Below the pieces are notes generated by a model. That model was given only the letters and a program-made list of their open reading frames with translations. It had not been told where the DNA came from and did not search any database. A DNA stretch of 63,939 nt, the filler included, from Octopus bimaculoides (Eukaryota), in assembly GCF_001194135.2 (NCBI RefSeq). It is 4 parts of 4 records of this genome, joined end to end, with 100 filler letters (N's around TTAATTAATTAA, not from the genome) between each part and the next. Parts side by side here need not be neighbours in the genome. Positions count along the whole stretch, not along the records: positions 1 to 21,715 come from NC_068981.1; 3 more parts are not named here. One strand, written 5' to 3'. The position numbers and the translations under genes were made by a program. Below, one piece after another: positions 1-12,500 of the stretch. The stretch's first letter is position 1; every line of letters starts with the position of its first letter.

Positions 1-345
1 AGAAATGGAAAAAACTTTCAAAATACAAAGACCTGGAAATAGAGATAACTCGAATGTGGAATCTAAAAACAGAAACAATTCCTATCATAGTAGGTGCCTT
101 AAGTATAATAAAAAAATATTCAGACAAATACATAACAAAAACACCAGGACTTACAAATATATATAACATACAGAAAATTGCACTACTGGGTACTGCACAC
201 ATTCTACGCAAAACACTTTCAATACAGTAAACATAAGAGCACCACAACAAACCACAGCACATACCCAAGGCGCACAGAGCTGCGCTCGGTAGTGAAGTGA
301 AAGCACATTATAAAAATAAAACTACTGAACAATAATAATAATAAA
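1..345 (+). mobile_element. R4/Dong-clade non-LTR retrotransposon 3' end (RLE C-terminus, 3' UTR, (AAT)n tail)
   Basis: Translates as SKYKDLEIEITRMWNLKTETIPIIVGALSII...QKIALLGTAHILRKTLSIQ* (stop 228-230), typical of the end of the restriction-like endonuclease domain; ends in aataataat at ~331-345. Confidence 0.85.
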
Positions 346-558
346 TCCTTTCTATTGTAGGCACAAGGCCTGAAATTTTGGGTGAGCGGATAAGTCGATT
401 ACATCGGTCAGTGCTTCACTGGTACTTAATTTATCGACACCGATAAGATGAAAGGCAAAGTCTATCTCCACGGAATTTGAGCTCAGAACGTAGCGGCAGA
501 CGAAATACCGTAAAGCATTTCGGTCGGCATGCTAACGATTCTGCCAGCTTGCCGCCTT
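346..558 (-). mobile_element. tRNA-derived SINE, family 1 (ATT-tailed)
   Basis: Reverse strand has A-box-like TGGCAGAATCGTTAG and B-box-like GAGCTCAAATTCC and ends in (ATT)n. Homologous copies at ~14414, 35830, 37620, 59097 and 60116. Confidence 0.85.
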
Positions 559-576
559 AACAACAACAACAGCAGC

Positions 577-613
<37 letters not shown>

Positions 614-660
614 ATAATAATAATAATAATAATAATAATATTAATAATAATAATAATAAT
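559..660. repeat. (AAC)n-(AAT)n compound microsatellite
   Basis: Directly visible. Confidence 0.98.
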
Positions 661-1415
661 TTCATTTTTTGGCCACTTGGGCCGCCATATAGGGGACAAT
701 GCAGACGTGGACAGTAGAGATTTTACACATTCAACGAGTACACAATTAAAACAATAACAATGATATCCAACAAAAAGAATATAACAATGAAAGTTTCCCA
801 AAAGAGGGTGGGGTAATCACCTGGAGTTCGCTTAGGTACCCCACCAATCCTGAACCACTCGACGCTTCGAGGGTATCCGGCAAGGGCAACCTTCTCCCTC
901 TCAAATTCACTAGCCTACAGGTGCATTATTAGAGTAGGTCCACTCACAAGGGACATTTTCGCTACATTCATCCACCTTTTAGCAAATGTACTGAGAGGCA
1001 GCACTTCTCTCTCCACCCTCATCTTCCTTTCCAAGTTAAATTTGAAAAAGTTGATGGAGGAATGGCCGAGGAGAAAAGTGATTGTCTTCAGTCCTTTCGA
1101 CCGGTCTACCATACAACCTCTTTCGCTACTGCTATCAGACTGAGGAAAATTGCCTGCCCTTCCTGACCAATGGAAGGCAGCGGATCGATCTTCACTATGG
1201 ACTCGGCCGATAGCCGGATCTGTCCTACACGTGATAACAACTGTTCAACATAACTCCACAAGTCAGTAATGCAAGGACACTGACGAGTGGGTGCAGAAAG
1301 GTCTCGTCACTCTGAGCGCATCTCGGGCAGGTCCGTCTGACAGCGCCTCCGTGCCTGTAGAGTTTATCACGAACCGGCAGTGCCTGCCGGTAGCATTGCC
1401 AAGCTAGAGATTTCT
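661..1415 (-). mobile_element. Tx1-clade LINE 3' fragment (ORF2 zinc finger, C-terminus, 3' UTR)
   Basis: CPRCAQSDETFLHPLV (frameshifted CCHC zinc finger) near 1270-1330, and INFFKFNLERKMRVEREVLPLSTFAKRWMNVAKM* (ORF 915-1112). The 3' end abuts (AAT)n at 660. Confidence 0.85.
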
Positions 1416-1419
1416 GGAA

Positions 1420-2262
1420 GTTAATATGCTACTGCCTGGTACAGCTTAATGACCACCTCGAGAACCCAGTTACCACAGAAACTGTTCGCCAGGAACTGCA
1501 CAAAGCCGGGTTTCACAGGAGGGCCGCAATCAGAAAACCACTACTTTCAAAAACAAACGTTTCAAAGCGTTTAGAGTGGAGTAAAACATACAGAATCAGT
1601 CCCGAGAGCAGTGAAAGAATGTTATTTTCTCGGACGAGTCATCTTTTACCTTATTTCCGACCACCGGTCGAGTATACGTGTGGAGACAGCCAAAAGAAGT
1701 ATCTGACCCAGACTGCCTTCTCCCAACAGTTAAACATGGAGGAGGATCTGTGATGATCTGGGTGGGGGGGCTATATCTTGGAAATCTGCCGGCCCAATGG
1801 TTTCCCTTCATGGTAGAATTAATAGACAAGACTATTTAAGCATTTTATCTGATCAAATTCATCCTATGGTTGCGGAACTGTTTCCGTGGGAAACGCTATC
1901 TTTCAGGATGATAATGCACCAATTCATACAGCTAAAGTTGTTACTGAATGGCGCGAGGAACATTCTAGTGAAGTTGAACATCTTATCTGGCCACCACAGT
2001 CCTCAGATTTCAATGTTATTGAACATTCATGATGCATTTTAGAAAAACAAGTAAGGAGTCAATATCCTCCACCATCATCACTACAAGAATTGGAGACTGT
2101 TTTAACTGAAGAATGAACAACAATTCCTTTGGACATAATTGAAACTTTGTACGAGTCCATACTTCGTAGAATTCCAGTTGTAATTACTGCCAAAGGCGGT
2201 CCTACCCCATATTAAAATTGTTTGAAATTTTAAGGTGCTTCCATTATTTTGTCCAGTCCCTG
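1420..2262 (+). mobile_element. Tc1-family (DD34E) transposon, 5'-truncated, with right TIR
   Basis: ETVRQELHKAGFHRRAAIRKPLL, VIFSDES, PTVKHGGGSVMIWG, FQDDNAPIHTA, WPPQSSDFNVIEH, AKGGPTPY*, with stops and frameshifts. Ends ...GTCCAGTCCCTG followed by TA (2263-2264). Confidence 0.92.
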
Positions 2263-2445
2263 TACGCTAACCGCCTACCGAAATTATTTGGTGGGTAGAA
2301 GACTAGTAACAGGTTCTTGGTGTTTCTATTCACAACTTGGAATAAAATAATTATTGCAAAAAGACACCAATCCTGGTGTAAATTAATATTTTGAACTGAA
2401 CTTAGTTGGAGCGTTTGAAAGCACATCCGATGTGTTCCGAAGCAA

Positions 2446-2446
<1 letters not shown>

Positions 2447-2517
<71 letters not shown>

Positions 2518-2554
2518 TGATGATGATGATGATGATGATAATAATAATAATAAT
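2447..2554. repeat. (AAT)n/(GAT)n microsatellite
   Basis: Directly visible. Confidence 0.98.
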
Positions 2555-3104
2555 AAATGCCCTTATGCAGTACCAGGCAGTAGAACTCATGGCTTTTGAT
2601 CTCAGCTGATTGGAAGTGTTATCATGTACATTATTTTGTTTTGATATAAAAGATGGGCTACAGAAAATATTCTGCTCCATACCACAGATCTACTTGTCAG
2701 TTGATTGACCTTAACCAGTTGAGCATGACACTGAGTGGCTGGCGATATGTGCATCTCTGATCACGAGCAAAAGTAGTGGGAGAGCATCATAGCCATGTGT
2801 TGAGAAGAATTTTGGGGGATTTGAATAAGTCACCTCTGGATACATGGCTGTTTTGTTCATCATCCTTAAACAAACCTTATTCGGAGACCTTTTGAGCAGG
2901 ATGGGCTACTCAACCTGAAGAAAATTCTAACTGGGCCCTATCTGCAAGGTAATGTATTGTTTATCTTGATATGAGATCACCATGTTGCGCACATATAGTT
3001 GTGATGCATGTGCCTAATGTACTCTTATCAGTCATGATAGGTCTATTGGGCTTCGTATATTTTACCCCAGTGTCATTTTGATGGCACGCGCTGCTCTCTC
3101 ACTC
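2555..3104. mobile_element. ~550-bp unclassified interspersed repeat flanked by (AAT)n, copy 1
   Basis: Homologous to 59443-60080 (full length), 13788-14024 (right half) and ~36843-36995 (internal piece). No ORF, TIR or clear pol III boxes seen. Confidence 0.85.
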
Positions 3105-3120
3105 AATTATAATAATCATT

Positions 3121-3412
3121 ACTTAGATATTCAGCAGCTTTTGTAGACTGGACAAAAACTGAATTAGCAAAGCTAGACAGAAGAACTAGAAAGGAATTCA
3201 ATATGAATGGAGGACTTCACCCAAGGGCAGGTGTAGCAAGATTATATCTACCTAGAAAGGAAGGTGAAAGACGGTTAATATCAATAGAAGACTGTGTGGA
3301 GTTAGATAGAGTAGATATAATAGACACTTATGTAGGTAATAGCGAAGAAAGTTAATTAAAATCTGCTAGAGTCACAGCAAGACATAGGGAAACCAAAACA
3401 CCAAAGGAACCA
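3121..3412 (+). mobile_element. R4/Dong LINE internal fragment (post-RT region)
   Basis: LRYSAAFVDWTKTELAKLDRRTRKEFNMNGGLHPRAGVARLYLPRKEG, homologous to 8370-8530 and 60390-60460. Confidence 0.85.
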
Positions 3413-3894
3413 TTACCTCCCATAATTCTATTAACTGGTATTTTTTTTATGAAACTTTGATTTCTAGCATAAAACAGCCTTTGAAACACGCTGGAATGAT
3501 CAAAATAACATTTTTAATAGAAATAAGCGAGATATTGGGTGATCTCATATGAGATCACTGGGATGATACAGTTGCAATAACCCTAGTGCATCTGAAAATG
3601 CAATCTCTAATTTTGGTATTCAAAACTACTTATTCTATAGGGATAAATGAATAACTATACATAACCATAAACACTTTATTTTTCAAAGCAAAAAAAGACA
3701 TACAATACCAAAAAATATACATAAAGCAAAAAAGATATTTTTATTTTCAAAGGGAAAAATTAGCTATACAAAAATAACTAATATGAACTAATGCTATAAA
3801 TGTTTGTCCTTTGTAATTATAACGATATGAAGAGAAACAGTTCACACATATCGTGACTGCACGCTTTGGTCAATTTTTGATAGGTACTTTTATC

Positions 3895-4420
3895 TTCAGC
3901 CATTGGACTTATGATAAGAAGAAAAACAGGTTACGCATAGAGTGACTGTGCATTTCGAACACTATGACCTGGGCATAGCAGTGCATGGCTTATTCTGGCG
4001 TCGCCTTTGTTCACTTCGTTTCATTATAATGTGTCCTTTGCAATCAAAACGAACATCATGAGAGATATGTGAAGGCGCTGAACAGCTGCGCATTTTACCT
4101 GGTTGTTACCTGTTTGTAGAAATTTTTCAATAGGATCGGCAAATTACTCTTCTAAATAAAAGCAAATCCATTTTGGTGGCTGGTTTTTCATCGTCGCTAT
4201 TTATCAAGTTATATATGATATGGGCATTCACAACTGCCATGTCCACAATTCGAATGAAGATAGGCCAATACCACTTTTTAGCTCTGATTGTTGTTACATA
4301 TTTGCTGAGCCACCAATCATGCTTATCGACACCTCCCATATATGCGCTGTAATTTTTGAACGCATGAGGTTGAGAAACTGAATCCTTTTCTTTGCATTCC
4401 TTCAGTCAACGTTACACTTT
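3895..4420 (-). pseudogene. piggyBac/PGBD transposase C-terminal fragment
   Basis: QPHAFKNYSAYMGGVDKHDWWLSKY...KKWYWPIF (third catalytic D motif), then DVRFDCKGH and the Cys-rich tail CSKCTVTLCVTCFSSYH, with in-frame stops. Confidence 0.9.
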
Positions 4421-5235
4421 TTGAAGAGGTTCCACTGTATCATAATTAGTTCCAATAGTGANNNNNNNNNNNNNNNNNNNNNNNNNNNNNNNNNNNNNNN
4501 NNNNNNNNNNNNNNNNNNNNNNNNNNNNNNNNNNNNNNNNNNNNNNNNNNNNNNNNNNNNNNNNNNNNNNNNNNNNNNNNNNNNNNNNNNNNNNNNNNNN
4601 NNNNNNNNNNNNNNNNNNNNNNNNNNNNNNNNNNNNNNNNNNNNNNNNNNNNNNNNNNNNNNNNNNNNNNNNNNNNNNNNNNNNNNNNNNNNNNNNNNNN
4701 NNNNNNNNNNNNNNNNNNNNNNNNNNNNNNNNNNNNNNNNNNNNNNNNNNNNNNNNNNNNNNNNNNNNNNNNNNNNNNNNNNNNNNNNNNNNNNNNNNNN
4801 NNNNNNNNNNNNNNNNNNNNNNNNNNNNNNNNNNNNNNNNNNNNNNNNNNNNNNNNNNNNNNNNNNNNNNNNNNNNNNNNNNNNNNNNNNNNNNNNNNNN
4901 NNNNNNNNNNNNNNNNNNNNNNNNNNNNNNNNNNNNNNNNNNNNNNNNNNNNNNNNNNNNNNNNNNNNNNNNNNNNNNNNNNNNNNNNNNNNNNNNNNNN
5001 NNNNNNNNNNNNNNNNNNNNNNNNNNNNNNNNNNNNNNNNNNNNNNNNNNNNNNNNNNNNNNNNNNNNNNNNNNNNNNNNNNNNNNNNNNNNNNNNNNNN
5101 NNNNNNNNNNNNNNNNNNNNNNNNNNNNNNNNNNNNNNNNNNNNNNNNNNNNNNNNNNNNNNNNNNNNNNNNNNNNNNNNNNNNNNNNNNNNNNNNNNNN
5201 NNNNNNNNNNNNNNNNNNNNNNNNNNNNNNNNNNN

Positions 5236-5740
5236 NGAAGAATGCTGTGAGCGCTTGACGGCACTCGAGGTGCCAAGCGCCCCTGCTCGGTCTACGCCTA
5301 ATCCAGAATTGCAACTCAGTCAAAGAAACGAGCTGTGGGAGAGCGTGTCTAACAAACCATGACCACACCTGCTCACTGTCAAGGAAGACCGGACGGAAAC
5401 CAGCTGCCCTGAGAACAGATGCCAAGTATTGATGGTCGACCCTATCGAAGGCTTTAGACTGATCTAAATTGATCAAAGTCCCACCCATGCCAACTTCATA
5501 ACCCATCCTCTCTATGATATAACGCATGAGGTAGAGGTTGTCACGTACAGTCCTGGTTGGGATGGCACATGGTTGCGCCTTGCTAATCAGCCTGTCCACG
5601 ATAAGCGCCAACCTCTTGGCTAACACCTTGGCCAAAATCTTCAACTCTGCATTGAGCAGAGTGATGGGCCTAAAATTTTCTATAACATCCCCCTTATTTG
5701 GGTCCCTTCTCAGCAGTTCCACCGCCACTCGACAAACAAA
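5236..5740 (-). mobile_element. Tx1-clade RT fragment with internal deletion
   Basis: NFRPITLLNAELKILAKVLAKRL...LINLDQSKAFDRVDHQYL joined in frame at ~5385 to post-RT sequence (VWSWFVRHALP...ECRQAL). Confidence 0.88.
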
Positions 5741-6499
5741 AGTGGGAATTTTTCCATTTTGTTACCAGTTGAGGTAGACGTCTCTTAAGTGGCCCGCAAA
5801 CAAGTCTGGCATTGAAATACAAAGCTCGCAGGACAGACCATCTAAACCCAGATTCAGCTCTGCGCTGAATAACAACATGGACGTGTTACACGGGGATCTC
5901 CATACAAAAACAAATCTAATCTAATAACATCGGTGGAAGAGGAAAAAGGAATCTGTGGAAAACCTGAAGGAAGCGGCGTTTTAACGAAAATAACCACAAA
6001 AAAAATGATATTTTATTGCCATACAAAGCACAAATTCTCCCATGCACGATGTCTCAATGAAACATATGCGAAAGACACGTGCGAAATCAACATCGCAACG
6101 TTTGCAAATGATATAAGTGGAACAAAACAGTAAGTACATAAATTGATTAGTTACGCATACACTTGAATGTCTACACAATCATATATACATTTTAATATCC
6201 ATAGGACTACACATACACCCCAATGCTTACACAACTACGTAAAATTTACAAGACACACATAGACACATATGAAAGCACGTGTCACAGACGAAGCAAAACA
6301 ATAACAAAGCAATTATCTTCGAACTAACATAGACAGAGTGAACAACTCATAAGTTTAAAAACATCACGAAGAAACTATGCCCAGAGATAAACCCGTCAAA
6401 AAAAAATACAGACGAACGCAGATCTTTTAGCCTTAAGAAACTACGTTATGAACAATATTTTCATTCAGAGAACTCGGAGGCGTTGTTGTCTCAAAAAGT

Positions 6500-9400
6500 T
6501 AACTTTAAACAGACATACCTGTCCCCTAATGCCAACGTCCAAACTCATCATGCCTCAATGATAACAACGCAAAATACACACCGGATCATACGTCACCCGG
6601 GTCAACAAGGTCCGCGCACCCCAGTGTGGAAGCAGACTAGATGCGAAAAATTAGCTACTGGTTCAAATCTTGCCGAAACATAGGAGCTGGAAGTACCCCA
6701 CAACCGGAATATTCCAACAGATGGCCATCCACGCTCGTCATCAAATAACCAAAAGAAAGGGAATGAAAAATAGTCAAGGGAATATAATAAAGAAGTTCTT
6801 AAGGCCTTCTATCGTGCCATGTATTTCCCCACAAATAAATCTAATACTGAACAAACCTACCTAAACTGGAAAGAGAAGCACCCTGAAGTAAGATCCTGCA
6901 TAGTAATAAACTTGCCAACGTCCGAAGAAATATTATGAAAAGGAAATTACTAACTGAATTAGAGATTGACCAAATTAAACAATCAATAAGGGATAAAAGG
7001 AACGAAGTTGCAGCTAAAAAAGATACTACTGAGGAAATAATTTTACAGGCCTAGTAAAAATGCAGTAATGATAGAAAGAGTCAATGTAACTAATAAGCCA
7101 AATGAAATACTCTCTGAACCAACCATAAACACCAAAATCAAATAGATGAAGAAAGTCTCACAGAAATTGAGCCAACTGAACTAGATGATTTAAAAAATCA
7201 AACCATAATTGAATGGCTGAAATTTAAAGAAACCAATATGAATAAGCGTGACACTCTCCCAAAAATTCTCAACTCTAATCAAAATCTGAAAGTAATTGAT
7301 AAAATCTGCCTTGCACTTAAGGGTATAATTTCAGCTAATAATGCTGATATTACAGATCTCAACCACCTGTACTACGCATCCGAGAATATCTCAACGATTC
7401 TGTGGTGAAAAGATTAGAAAACAACAACATTCCCACAAAATGCCTATTTGGTAAGAACGTATTCAACACTAAATTCAGTTACTTAGGTCTGACATAGAAT
7501 GTTTAAAAATCATTAAGTTTATGCCTAAACATAATCTGGAAGATACTCACTGGAATATGTGCAGCAAAGACATATACTTTTCTGGCACAGGAAGAAATAC
7601 TACTAAGGGAACAAAAAGGATGTAGGAAGAGTTCTCAGAGTACCAGGGATCACCTGGTCATCGATAAAACAGTTTTGAGGCATTGTAAAAAACATTATAC
7701 AAACATGTCTATGGCTTGGATTGTCTTTAAGAAGGCATATGATATGGTGCCTCATTCTTGGATCGTTGAATGCCTGCAGATGTTTTGTGTTGCTGAAAAC
7801 ATCACAAATTTTCTGATTCATAGCATGAAAGAGTCGAAATCCAAATTGTACTCAAGTAATGTATTCCTTAGAGAAGTTAATATTAAAAGGGGAATCTTCC
7901 AAGGTGACTCGTTTTCTCTGTTACTATTTTTTCACTAATACTCATAACAATGACTCTTAGGAAAGTTAAGATGGGTTACCGATGTGGGAAGAAAAACCCA
8001 TCATTGAACCATCTTCTGTTTATAGATGGCCTAAAATTGTTTGGGAAATCTGAAAAATAGATAGATTCCTTAACCAAAACAGTCCAGAAGTGTGATAGGG
8101 ACATCGGTATGGAATTTGGGATTACCAAATGCTCAGTACTTAATATGAAAAGAGGGAAGAAAGCATCCTGCAGAGGATTACGGTTACCATCAGGAGAGAC
8201 CATGGGTGAACCCGATTGTAGTGGGTATAGATATTTAGGGATTTTGGAACTGGATGACATTCTACACAGAGAAATGAAAGTCAAGGCCTCAAAAAAGGGT
8301 GAAGATGGTGTTGAAATTCAACCTGAATGCCAAAAAATTGATTACCACAATGAATATCTGGGCAGTTGCGGTAGTCAGATATAGTGCGTCCATCCTCAAA
8401 TGGACTAACGAGGAAATATCAACATTGGATAGAACGACGAGAAAGTTGATGACGCTGCATGGGATGCTACACCCTAAAGCAAACGAAAAGAGGCTGTGTA
8501 TAAAAAGAAAGAATGGTGGCAGAGGACTAATTAGTACAAACCATTGCATAAGGAGTGAAAGTAGAACGCTTGCCGAGTATTTGATAAATAGTGATGAAGA
8601 CCTGCTGCAATATGCCGCGAAAGATATGGGTGTAAATGCAGATGAAATGATGGGCAAGGAAGAGTTTAAACATAGAGCTGAGGAGAAGAGAAAAGACTTC
8701 TTGAAATGAGAATGCATGGACAGTTTTAAAGGAATACACATGACGTTAAGGATAATACAGTATTGTGGGCATGGCTTGAACGAGGTGATTTGAAGCGTAC
8801 CACCGAAAGCCTGATCATTGTTGCACAAGAGCAGGCTCTCGCTAACAATTCAGTGAAGTATAACATCTATAAAACTTCTGACACCCAGAAACGCAGACTC
8901 TATGGAAAGAGTGTGGAAAATGTGACCCACTTAGTAAGTGGATGTGAGAGTCTTGCACAAAAAGAATACAAGCGCCGCCACGATAAAATGTGTGTTTATC
9001 TTAATTGGCTCATATACTGTAAATACAAATATGAAGTAACAGAGAACTGGTATGAGCATTGTACCAAGTAAAGTTATGCAGGAGGATGGAAAAGTAGCGA
9101 TACTCTGGGACTATGATTTTCAGACGGATCGTGTAATCGAACACCGTCAGCCGGATAGTGTCATATTGAGTAAGAAAGACAAATACTGTCAGATCATTGA
9201 TGTAGCCATACCAAATGACATGAATGTTGTGAGTAAAGAGGTTGAAAAAATCACCAAGTACTCCGAAATGAAAGTGGAAATGGCAAGACTGTATGAAATG
9301 TGAGAAGGTAATGTAAAAGTGATACCAGTGGTGATCGAAGCGTTGGGCTCAATCCCATTGAAACTTCAAGACTTCTTGAGGCAACTGGAAATCCCATGCA

Positions 9401-9549
9401 AGAATCATGTCTTGCAAAAAGTAGCCTTATTGGGTACAACGCACATCTTAAGGAAAGTATTATCTGTCCGAGGTCCTTGTGACTTGACAGATGACTAAAG
9501 ACTCCGGTGCATTTTTACCTACACTGTGTTACGAAGGAATAATAATAAT
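6500..9549 (+). mobile_element. Near-full-length decayed R4/Dong LINE (single ORF: N-terminus, RT, CCHC, RLE) with internal deletion
   Basis: N-terminal TSPGSTRS and SREYNKEVLKAFY...LANVRRNI; RT motifs EQKGCRK, AWIVFKKAYDMVPHSW, GIFQGDSFS, FIDGLKLF (degenerate FMDD), GITKC, YRYLG; ENVTHLVSGC...RRHD; RLE PD..D..K (QPDSVIL...IIDVAIP...EKITKY); (AAT)n tail at ~9538-9549. The 5' boundary is approximate. Confidence 0.92.
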
Positions 9550-12500
9550 GTGTTCTTCGTTAACCACAAGGGTTTACATTAAGAAAAATGTTATGGACAG
9601 CACAGGACAAATGAAAGAATGTGTGCGTATGTGTGTTGTGAGAGTTTTGCGTGCGAACAAGACTGACAAAATTAAAATTTAAAAAAGAGAGAAATTAACA
9701 ATGTGTAATCGTCAATAGGGAGGAGACGTTCGAGTGCTGTTCATAGAAAAAACCCATAAAAAACCAAGGATGCCCTGACTTTTGGGACAGGTGCCTTTTT
9801 TTTCCTTTTCTCTTTTCCAACTACAGGCGTATGCTCCGGACAGGCCCGTTCACTCACACCTTTCTTCCACCATTCAGTAAACTGGCTAGAAGACAACACA
9901 TCTACCCTTATTTTCTTTTTCAAATGAAACTTGAAGAAGTTCATCTGGGATTGGCCAAGGAGAAAAGCGTTTATCTTCAGCCCATTCAATCTCATCCACC
10001 ATACAGTCTCTTTCGCCCTGGCCACCAGGCATATANNNNNNNNNNNNNNNNNNNNNNNNNNNNNNNNNNNNNNNNNNNNNNNNNNNNNNNNNNNNNNNNN
10101 NNNNNNNNNNNNNNNNNNNNNNNNNNNNNNNNNNNNNNNNNNNNNNNNNNNNNNNNNNNNNNNNNNNNNNNNNNNNNNNNNNNNNNNNNNNNNNNNNNNN
10201 NNNNNNNNNNNNNNNNNNNNNNNNNNNNNNNNNNNNNNNNNNNNNNNNNNNNNNNNNNNNNNNNNNNNNNNNNNNNNNNNNNNNNNNNNNNNNNNNNNNN
10301 NNNNNNNNNNNNNNNNNNNNNNNNNNNNNNNNNNNNNNNNNNNNNNNNNNNNNNNNNNNNNNNNNNNNNNNNNNNNNNNNNNNNNNNNNNNNNNNNNNNN
10401 NNNNNNNNNNNNNNNNNNNNNNNNNNNNNNNNNNNNNNNNNNNNNNNNNNNNNNNNNNNNNNNNNNNNNNNNNNNNNNNNNNNNNNNNNNNNNNNNNNNN
10501 NNNNNNNNNNNNNNNNNNNNNNNNNNNNNNNNNNNNNNNNNNNNNNNNNNNNNNNNNNNNNNNNNNNNNNNNNNNNNNNNNNNNNNNNNNNNNNNNNNNN
10601 NNNNNNNNNNNNNNNNNNNNNNNNNNNNNNNNNNNNNNNNNNNNNNNNNNNNNNNNNNNNNNNNNNNNNNNNNNNNNNNNNCTGATAGTAGAGGGACCGC
10701 CTGACCAACGGGACATGTCCCTTCCACAAGAAGCGGAAGAGTGTACGATCCAGCGTAATCAGACGGTGGCCAGAACAAGGTACGACGGTCAAGTGATAGT
10801 AGATGACGGACACGATATACACGTTAGTCATTTCTGGTCGACCTTTCAGGGATAGCTTTCTCTCGCCCATTTCTGGGTGAGAGTAGTCACCTGGCCCGTT
10901 ATCTCGTCCCCATTTTTGTCCATCTGGAGGTCCGGACCAAACCAGACCCCGAGCAATTTAACTGGTCCATCTGTCCAGCGCCCAATGACACAGTTGGACA
11001 GCATGGACTTGCTTCTCCAGGTGCCGAGCCGCAGACCCACTGATTTTTCCTGGTTAATTATCGATTGCCGCTCCTGAAACAGCCTTGTAGTTCCTGAGAG
11101 CAGTGCCGATCATTTCTATGTGTTTATGACCCGACACTTCTACGGTGACGTCATCGGCATATGCCGAAATGCATCCCCCACATCCTAGGTCACGCGGGAT
11201 ATCTCTCAGCGTCTCCAGTTTGTGCAGTAGTGGCTCGAGAGTCAGTACGTACAAGAGTCAGTCCGTACGAGAGTCAGTACGTACGTACAAGAGGAAACCT
11301 TGCCGAACCGAACGCATGATTTTGAATGGCTCTGAGAAGTGACCGTTCACTCTGACTACTGAGCAGATGTCGCTGTGTATTGCAGCGATCCAGCCTCTAA
11401 ATACAGGTCCGAAACCAGCTGCCTTAAGGACCCCCGCCAGCTATAGATAGTCGACTCTACCGAAAGCTTTAGACAGATCGAAATTGATCAGAGCTCCACC
11501 CGTGTCAGGTTCTTTAGTCACTTTCTCAATGATGTATCGCGTGAAGTGAAGGGTGTCATGGATGCATCTTTTCGATATGGCACATGTCTGTGCCTCCCCT
11601 ACCAGCTCCCCAACGACAAGCGCCAACCTCGTAGCTAATACCTTGGCCAAAATTTTGAACGCTTTTGCACCCTCCTCTCCTATATGCTAAACATACGCAG
11701 TCCCACCTTACAGCTAAAACTCCATTCTAATCCCCGAAAGTTTCCAAACGTCTGAAGAAATCCCGTCGTCTTTCCCCTGTCGGGGCATAGACGGCAACTA
11801 GCCTGAAAGTATGTCATTCGCTGCCTCACACGTCCAGGTCCACCGACTTAGCTTCCAGATCCAGGAAGATCGTCCGTATTGCAAGATCCAGATTTTTTCG
11901 AACCATCACAGCGACTCTGCCTCGGGCCCCTGACGACTTGGAGATGCGTATACCTCATAGTCACCGAAAATAGATCGGAAATCCCGTGAGTCGGAGATTT
12001 TGGTTTCACTAATAGCCAACAGATCGACATTCAGTTCCCTGAGGTCGATGAGCAGATGAACCCGCTTCCAAGGTGACCCTAGGCCGCGTACATTCACGCT
12101 GCCTATTCTGTATACGACCATGTTGTCGGTAAAAGAAAAGAGAAGAAAAGGAAAACTTACTTGGTTTTGTTTGGAGGGGCGGATTACCCGTTCCTCCTGT
12201 TGGTGGGGTAGTTTCCAATTGTAAATCACCAAGAATTCTCTTAGTGATAGTCCCTCGAAAATTTCCGATTTCCAGTGGGAATTGGATTTTTAAGTGTGTG
12301 TAAGTGTTTTGTGTTGTTTGAATGATTTGTATATGTGAAGGTAGGGAGATTGTGAGTATGACAAAATCTTTTGGTGTAATGTTTGTGTGTGTTATGTGCT
12401 TCGTTAATTCAATGTTTCTTTGTACTTATACCATGTAGTTTGTAATGTTAGTGTCTTTAATTTGTGTTTGTTGTGGTTGTTATCGTTGCTGCTGTTGTGG

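Noticed and set aside
4412-5728. Long ORFs (250-525 aa) in the track spanning N runs, here and at 9.7-10.9, 28.3-29.2, 33-34, 41-42, 47-53 and 62-63.8 kb
   Set aside because: Their length comes from X residues translated from gaps.
5750-6500. A/C-rich stretch possibly a LINE ORF1 or the Dong 5' UTR with an HDV-like ribozyme
   Set aside because: No complete zinc knuckle or ribozyme fold could be established by eye, so it is left unannotated.
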